This document shows positions 22,702 to 33,600 of a stretch of DNA of 33,600 nt, piece after piece. The number at the start of each line of letters is the position of its first letter. Position 1 is the stretch's first letter. The position numbers and the translations under genes are program-made. The notes below the pieces were generated by a model. The model was not told the DNA's origin, did no database searches, and was given only the letters and a program-made list of their open reading frames with translations. This DNA comes from a virus. The DNA lies in UHGV virus genome UHGV-1067530. One strand, 5' to 3'.

Positions 22702-23183
22702 TGGTTAAAAGGGTTATTCACCCCGCTAGAGCAAAATTAGTCGGGGCTATGAAGAACTTGCAAACGGCTAATGCTCAAGTTGGGTATTTTCAAGAACAAG
22801 GTCAACATAGCTCTGGTTTTTCTTATCCTGCTTTAATGTATTTACAAGAAGTTATTGGGGTTCCCTCAGCTTCTGGTAAAGTATATCGTAGGTTGTTTGA
22901 AATCACTATGATGCTAAACAAACAGACCTTGTTAGAGCAGACTAAGAAGAATCTATATAAGCAACTTAGCAGTCTCAACACAGACCCTTCAAATACCTTA
23001 GAAGCATTTGCAAAGAATGCTCAAAAGGCAATTAAAAGAGGTTTTGGTAACTCTGCTATACTCCCTCCTAACGCACCTTCCACAGTCAAGAAAAAAGGCT
23101 TTAACGCACCTCTTGTTGAGACAGGTGACTTAAGAGATAACCTTGCTTATAAAATTTCTACTAAGAAGGGTATTAAGAAATGA
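22701..23183 (+). CDS. hypothetical neck protein (160 aa)
   Basis: ORF, coupled. Confidence 0.45.
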   Translation: MVKRVIHPARAKLVGAMKNLQTANAQVGYFQEQGQHSSGFSYPALMYLQEVIGVPSASGKVYRRLFEITMMLNKQTLLEQTKKNLYKQLSSLNTDPSNTLEAFAKNAQKAIKRGFGNSAILPPNAPSTVKKKGFNAPLVETGDLRDNLAYKISTKKGIKK

Positions 23184-23581
23184 GACTCTTAAACAGACAC
23201 AGCTTTGTAGTAAAGCGTAAAGTCTCTGAAGACGGTTATTATAATGATGATGGTGATTGGGTAGCTTCACAAGATATTGTAGAGGTTAACTGTAAAGGTA
23301 ATATCCAGCCATATATCAAAGGTTCTGTAAAGAATGGTACACAGATTGCTTTACCGGAAGGTATCAGACTTACCGATACAAGAATCCTGTATACTACATA
23401 TAAACTTAGAACTTCAGATGATGTAGAGTGGAATGAGTCTGATATTGTTATGATTGATGGTCATGAGTATGAAGTATTTATGACTATGGATTGGTCACAG
23501 CAATTAGCCCATACGTCCCATTATGAATATATCATTATTAGAAGGGATAAAATGAATGCAGTTAGAAACAGCAGAACTTGA
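23180..23581 (+). CDS. hypothetical neck/tail-completion protein (133 aa)
   Basis: ORF, coupled. Confidence 0.45.
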   Translation: MRLLNRHSFVVKRKVSEDGYYNDDGDWVASQDIVEVNCKGNIQPYIKGSVKNGTQIALPEGIRLTDTRILYTTYKLRTSDDVEWNESDIVMIDGHEYEVFMTMDWSQQLAHTSHYEYIIIRRDKMNAVRNSRT

Positions 23582-24155
23582 AAAAGGTCTAGTTAGAACC
23601 TTAGTGGATGTTATTGGTCACAGATTAGCTCGTGATAAAAATAATAGGCCAAACGTAATTAGAGCTTACCCTTCTGATAACTCAAATGACAAAGGTTTAA
23701 AACCTGACCAGCCATTTATCACTGTATATTGTCAAGATGCTGCAACACCTTATGGTTGGGTTCTTGATAAGTTTGTTGAGGATGATGTAGTTTGCTACAG
23801 AATTGCTTTTCAGATTCCAGTATTAATTACGGTGAATGGTAAAGGTGCTCACAGTATTATGCTTGAGCTTAAACAACGATTAGAGATGAGTTCAGTCAGA
23901 GATTTAATCCTTGAAGAGACAGGAGCTACAGTACTAGACACTGGAGCTATCCCGAATGACTATACTTATCTCAATACAGATTTCGAAAATTCTGCGCCTC
24001 TTGTTGTAACTCTTGTAAAAAACTCAGTCCTGAAGGATGAACGTGGAAGTATTATTGAGCGTGTCATTGTTGATGGTGAGTTGGTTTATGAAGAAGGACA
24101 AGAGCCACCAGAATATACTATCCATCTAGATGTAGACTCCAAAGGGGTAAAATAA
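23556..24155 (+). CDS. hypothetical structural protein (199 aa)
   Basis: ORF overlapping the previous by 26 nt. Confidence 0.45.
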   Translation: MQLETAELEKGLVRTLVDVIGHRLARDKNNRPNVIRAYPSDNSNDKGLKPDQPFITVYCQDAATPYGWVLDKFVEDDVVCYRIAFQIPVLITVNGKGAHSIMLELKQRLEMSSVRDLILEETGATVLDTGAIPNDYTYLNTDFENSAPLVVTLVKNSVLKDERGSIIERVIVDGELVYEEGQEPPEYTIHLDVDSKGVK

Positions 24156-25508
24156 ATGTGGAATCCAATTGTTAATGTAGATATTACATTGAACACCGCA
24201 GGAACTACAAGAGAAGGTTTTGGTTTGCCACTATTCTTAGCTTCAACAGATAACTTTGAAGAAAGAGTGCGTGGTTACACTTCCTTAACTGAAGTTGCTG
24301 AAGATTTCGATGAGAATACTGCTGCATATAAGGCTGCTAAACAACTTTGGAGTCAGACTCCTAAAGTAACTCAGCTTTATATCGGTAGACGCGCTATGCA
24401 GTACACTGTATCAATTCCTGATGCCGTTACCGAAAGTACAGACTACTCAATTACTGTAGCTGCTGGCGGTGGAATTTCTCAACCATACCAGTACACAGCA
24501 CAAAGTTCAGACACTGCTGAGAACGTGTTACAACAGTTTAAAACACAGATTGAAGCTGACCCAACAATCAAAGATAAGGTTTCTGTGAATGTAACTGGTA
24601 GTAATGGCTCTGTCACAATGATTATTGCCAAAGCTGGTGATAATGACTTTGTGAAAGTAACAACCACAGCACAGACTGTATATATTGCAAGTACAACTGC
24701 TGATACAGCATCAACTGCTCTGGCAGCTATCGAAGCTTACTCTACCGACTGGTATTTCATTGCAGCAGAAGACAGAACTCAACAGTTTGTCTTAGCAATG
24801 GCTTCTGAGATTCAGGCTCGCAAGAAAATCTTCTTTACAGCTAACTCCGATGTAACAGCCCTGCAAGGTACAGAATTAGCCAGTGCAAATGATGTTCCAG
24901 CACAGCTTGCTAAGAATATGTACACTCGTACAGTTTGCTTGTGGCATCACGCAGCAGCAGAAGATTACCCAGAGATGGCATACATTGCTTATGGTGCTCC
25001 ATATGATGCAGGTTCAATTGCTTGGGGTAATGCTCAGCTAACTGGTGTAGCAGCTTCTCTACAACCATCTAATCAGAGACCTCTGACAAGTATTCAGAAG
25101 TCTGCTTTAGATGTACGTCACTGTAACTTTATTGACCTTGATGGTGGTGTTCCAGTGGTTCGTAGAGGGATTACTTCTGGTGGGGAATGGATTGATATCG
25201 TCCGTGGTGTTGACTGGTTAGAATCAGACCTGAAAACTTCTCTGAGAGACTTGCTAATTAACCAGAAGGGTGGTAAGATTACTTATGATGATACTGGTAT
25301 TACCCGTATTCGTCAAGTCATTGAAACCTCTCTGCAAAGAGCAGTCAACAGAAACTTCCTGTCATCTTACACAGTTAATGTTCCTAAAGCCTCTCAAGTT
25401 GCTTTAGCAGACAAGAAAGCTCGTATCCTGAAAGATGTTACCTTCGCAGGTATCTTAGCAGGGGCTATCTTGGATGTTGACTTGAAAGGTACAGTGGCTT
25501 ACGAATAA
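24156..25508 (+). CDS. Putative tail sheath protein (DUF3383-like)
   Basis: 450 aa, directly upstream of a small tube-like gene and a strong terminator; family assignment from memory. Confidence 0.45.
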   Translation: MWNPIVNVDITLNTAGTTREGFGLPLFLASTDNFEERVRGYTSLTEVAEDFDENTAAYKAAKQLWSQTPKVTQLYIGRRAMQYTVSIPDAVTESTDYSITVAAGGGISQPYQYTAQSSDTAENVLQQFKTQIEADPTIKDKVSVNVTGSNGSVTMIIAKAGDNDFVKVTTTAQTVYIASTTADTASTALAAIEAYSTDWYFIAAEDRTQQFVLAMASEIQARKKIFFTANSDVTALQGTELASANDVPAQLAKNMYTRTVCLWHHAAAEDYPEMAYIAYGAPYDAGSIAWGNAQLTGVAASLQPSNQRPLTSIQKSALDVRHCNFIDLDGGVPVVRRGITSGGEWIDIVRGVDWLESDLKTSLRDLLINQKGGKITYDDTGITRIRQVIETSLQRAVNRNFLSSYTVNVPKASQVALADKKARILKDVTFAGILAGAILDVDLKGTVAYE

Positions 25509-25523
25509 TAGAGGTAAATTGGA

Positions 25524-25970
25524 ATGGCTATGTATCAGCAATATTCCCCTAAAGACGTTGTATGTAGCTGGAATGGTATTGCCATTGAAGGCTTTGCCCC
25601 AGACTCATTCTTGCGTCTACAGAGAACATCACCACTTGTGACACCAGTTGTTGGTGCAGGTGGTCAGGTTGCTCTGACAAGAAATGCAGACAAGACAGGT
25701 ACTATTGAGATTGAGCTAATGCAGACTTCTCTCTCTAACCAGATGCTTTCTGCAATTCAAGCTAAACAAGACAATATGGAACTTGAAGTAGATATCTCTT
25801 CTAACTTCGTAATCTACGACCCATCAGGCTCTGTTCTGGCAACTGGTATTAATGCTTGGTTGCAGGAGTTGCCACAGATTGAACTTGGTCGTGACCAGAA
25901 CTCTAAAACTTGGATTTTTGGTTGTGAGAAGCTAGACTATACTTCTACAATTCCAGCGTCAAGTGTTTAA
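25524..25970 (+). CDS. Putative tail tube protein
   Basis: 148 aa following the sheath candidate and followed by a terminator. Confidence 0.45.
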   Translation: MAMYQQYSPKDVVCSWNGIAIEGFAPDSFLRLQRTSPLVTPVVGAGGQVALTRNADKTGTIEIELMQTSLSNQMLSAIQAKQDNMELEVDISSNFVIYDPSGSVLATGINAWLQELPQIELGRDQNSKTWIFGCEKLDYTSTIPASSV

Positions 25971-25982
25971 TAAATCCTATAA

Positions 25983-26014
25983 GGGGGAGACTTTAAAAGG
26001 TCTTCCCCTTTTTT
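25983..26014 (+). terminator. Intrinsic terminator after the tube gene
   Basis: Stem GGGGGAGAC / GTCTTCCCC with loop tttaaaag, followed by TTTTTT. Confidence 0.55.
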
Positions 26015-26043
26015 GTTTCTTTTAAAAGTATTAAGGAATCACA

Positions 26044-26442
26044 ATGAAAACAGAATTTAGAGTAATTAATGGTAAGAAAGTAAATATCGTTCTGCTTGGG
26101 GCAAGAGATGGTATTAAGATGTCTATGAAGTTGGGTAAAATTGTTGTTCCAACCTTTGCACAGATGCTATCAAGTCTGACTGACAAGGATAAGAAGGAAG
26201 CTCCAATGGTTCCATTTAAAGAACTTGTTGAAGCTTGTTTTGACAGAATTGAAGAGATTAACCTTGAAGAAATGGCAACTCTGTTATTTCAAGGGGCAAC
26301 TGTTGATGACTTCCCACTTAATATTGATACGTACTTCCAAGCAAACTATGGTGAGTTCATTGATTACTTAGCATTTGCGCTGGAGGCAAACTTCGGAAGT
26401 TTTTTCGAAGCAAGCATTTTCAAAAGCCTAACTTCTCAGTAA
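26044..26442 (+). CDS. Putative tail assembly chaperone (132 aa)
   Basis: Position immediately upstream of the tape measure gene. Confidence 0.4.
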   Translation: MKTEFRVINGKKVNIVLLGARDGIKMSMKLGKIVVPTFAQMLSSLTDKDKKEAPMVPFKELVEACFDRIEEINLEEMATLLFQGATVDDFPLNIDTYFQANYGEFIDYLAFALEANFGSFFEASIFKSLTSQ

Positions 26443-26444
26443 AC

Positions 26445-26683
26445 ATGGGCAACACTCTACAGACACCACTAACTGATGCTGCTGTAGAGGCAACCTATGA
26501 AGAAGCAGACGAGATGAAATTTGTGCTTGCTATTTATGGTATGGAAGGGTGTAAAGAAACACTTGACCAACTCTTTGCTATGACATTCTCTGATTTATTA
26601 TCATTGAGACAATTTCTTGAAATTCAGAGGTCGTATAAAGAGGAAATTGCTTACAACGAACTTAGAAGAGCAGGAAAAATGTA

Positions 26684-26684
<1 letters not shown>
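26445..26684 (+). CDS. Putative tail assembly chaperone, second small ORF (79 aa)
   Basis: Position; stop overlaps the tape measure start (TAATG). Confidence 0.4.
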
Positions 26685-32068
<5,384 letters not shown>

Positions 32069-32069
<1 letters not shown>

Positions 32070-33538
32070 TGGCAGGATTAACTACAACAGGATTACAAAC
32101 TCTAAGATATCAGGAAATTTTTGATAATATCAAATCAAGACTTCTTAGAGATATTTCACCAAACCTTGACGTTTCCGAGGATAGCCAGCTAGGTCTCTTT
32201 CTAGCTTCAATTGCAAGGTCTTTAGCAGACACCCATGAAATTCTGTCAGAAATCTATGATGGTGGAACGATTGACAAAGCTGAAGGTTTTAATCTCGATG
32301 ATATTACAGCTTTAAACGCTGTATATAGGTATGTGGCTCAGGCTACAAGAGGCCAAGTAGAGTTTACTGGAACAACTGGTGCAACAATTCCGTCTACAAC
32401 CAGATTAAGAAGCACTGCTGGTAATATCTTCTATCCAGTTTCAAACATTACATTAACGCCTTCATATTGTGTTGAAGCTATTCTTGAAGTTAACTCTTTA
32501 CGAACTGATGCAAACTATGTTATTATTATTGATAACGTTATTTTCTCTTATCAGCCAAAACCTTCAGATTCAATCACAGTACTATTAACTGAGCTTGCTA
32601 ATGCAATCAACGGCGGTATCGTAGCGAAAGCAGAAGTTGTCAATGATGGTTCAGCATTAAGGGTTTATAAAGATGAAGGTGACATTATTGCAAGAACCAA
32701 CCCTATGGTTGTAACTGCTACAACGTTCCTTACATTCACAAAAATTACAACAATCCACGACGTTGTTGCTGAGGAATTTGGTGCAATCCCTGCATTAGCT
32801 GGAACACTTATCGAGATTGAAACAACTGTAGATGGTCTTGACAGTGTATACAACCGCTATGACCTGACAACAGGTAGAAACGAAGAAACTGATACAGAAC
32901 TTCGTCAGAGATATTTAGAATCCCTGTCAGTTACTGGTGTAGGAACTCTTGATGCAATCGTAGCTGCTGTTAAGAGGGTTCAGGGTGTATCAGATGCTTC
33001 AGGTGTTGAAAATGATACTGAAGAGACAAGCTCAGAAGGACTTCCACCAAAATCTTTCAAGATTGTTGTAGTTGGTGGTCAAAATGATAATGTTGCTCAA
33101 GCAATCTGGGACACTAAACCCGCTGGTATCAGGGCTTATGGAGCTATCTTTGGGACAGCTTATGACTTAGGTAATTTAGCTCATAATGTCTATTTTAGCA
33201 GACCAACACCCAAGTATGCTTTTGTCAAAGTATCTTATTCTTTATATGATGAAGAGAGCTTGACAATCCCAGAAGAGGATATCAGAGATAGTATTGTTCA
33301 AGGTATTAACGCTTACGGCAGAACTCTGAAAGTTGGTAATGATGTTATTCCTAACAGAATCTATGGATACATTTATGATGTCATTAAAGGTGTTGAGATT
33401 AATGAAATCAAAGTAGCTCTTTCAAATAACCAGTCAGTACCTCCTAGTGATGGACAGTATACTACAGCAAGAATTACTGTTGATGGTGACCAATATACTG
33501 TATGGGAAAGTAGCCAGTACACCATTACTAAGGAGTAA
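32069..33538 (+). CDS. Putative baseplate J-like protein (Mu gp47 family)
   Basis: 489 aa, position and size. Confidence 0.5.
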
Positions 33539-33540
33539 TA

Positions 33541-33600
33541 ATGTTTCAGAAAATTGATAATGTTTATTATAAAACTCTTGATGAAAGAACTGTTACACAG
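33541..33600 (+). CDS. 5' end of next tail gene (partial)
   Basis: ATG at 33541 right after the previous stop; reading frame continues to the window end. Confidence 0.3.
   Translation, partial: MFQKIDNVYYKTLDERTVTQ

Overview
This window reads as a tailed-phage genome segment with four parts. (1) Positions ~40-860 are non-coding and packed with short, same-strand repeats (TGTTAR and GTTAGAAGG-like) spaced about every 10-11 bp. (2) Positions 953-7735 hold a leftward block of 16 mostly small, tightly coupled ORFs of unknown function; the only one I can identify is a T4-type (GH24) lysozyme, followed upstream by two tandem paralogs, one carrying an Ig-like domain. (3) Positions 7964-15100 run rightward: a basic small protein, a vWA-domain protein with a clear MIDAS motif, then a tRNA array of about 26 tRNA or tRNA-like genes (9998-14983). 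The array is interspersed with repeat-bounded elements, conserved hairpins, two structured ORF-free stretches and one embedded membrane-protein gene. (4) Positions 15206-33600 are a rightward structural module: terminase large subunit, portal, S49 protease/scaffold, decoration protein, lambda-E-like major capsid, neck proteins, a putative sheath and tube, tape measure, and a Mu/P2-like baseplate. All calls are from reading the sequence and ORF translations; no database search or RNA folding was run. tRNA coordinates and anticodons were assigned by hand from cloverleaf parsing and are approximate (a few nt). The most unusual material is in and around the tRNA array: a possibly Ro60/TROVE-like vWA protein immediately upstream, several tRNAs with non-canonical architecture (three Leu-anticodon tRNAs without a long variable arm), a family of inverted-repeat-bounded elements (one holding a T-arm placed before a D-arm), and hairpins whose loop is conserved while the stem differs.
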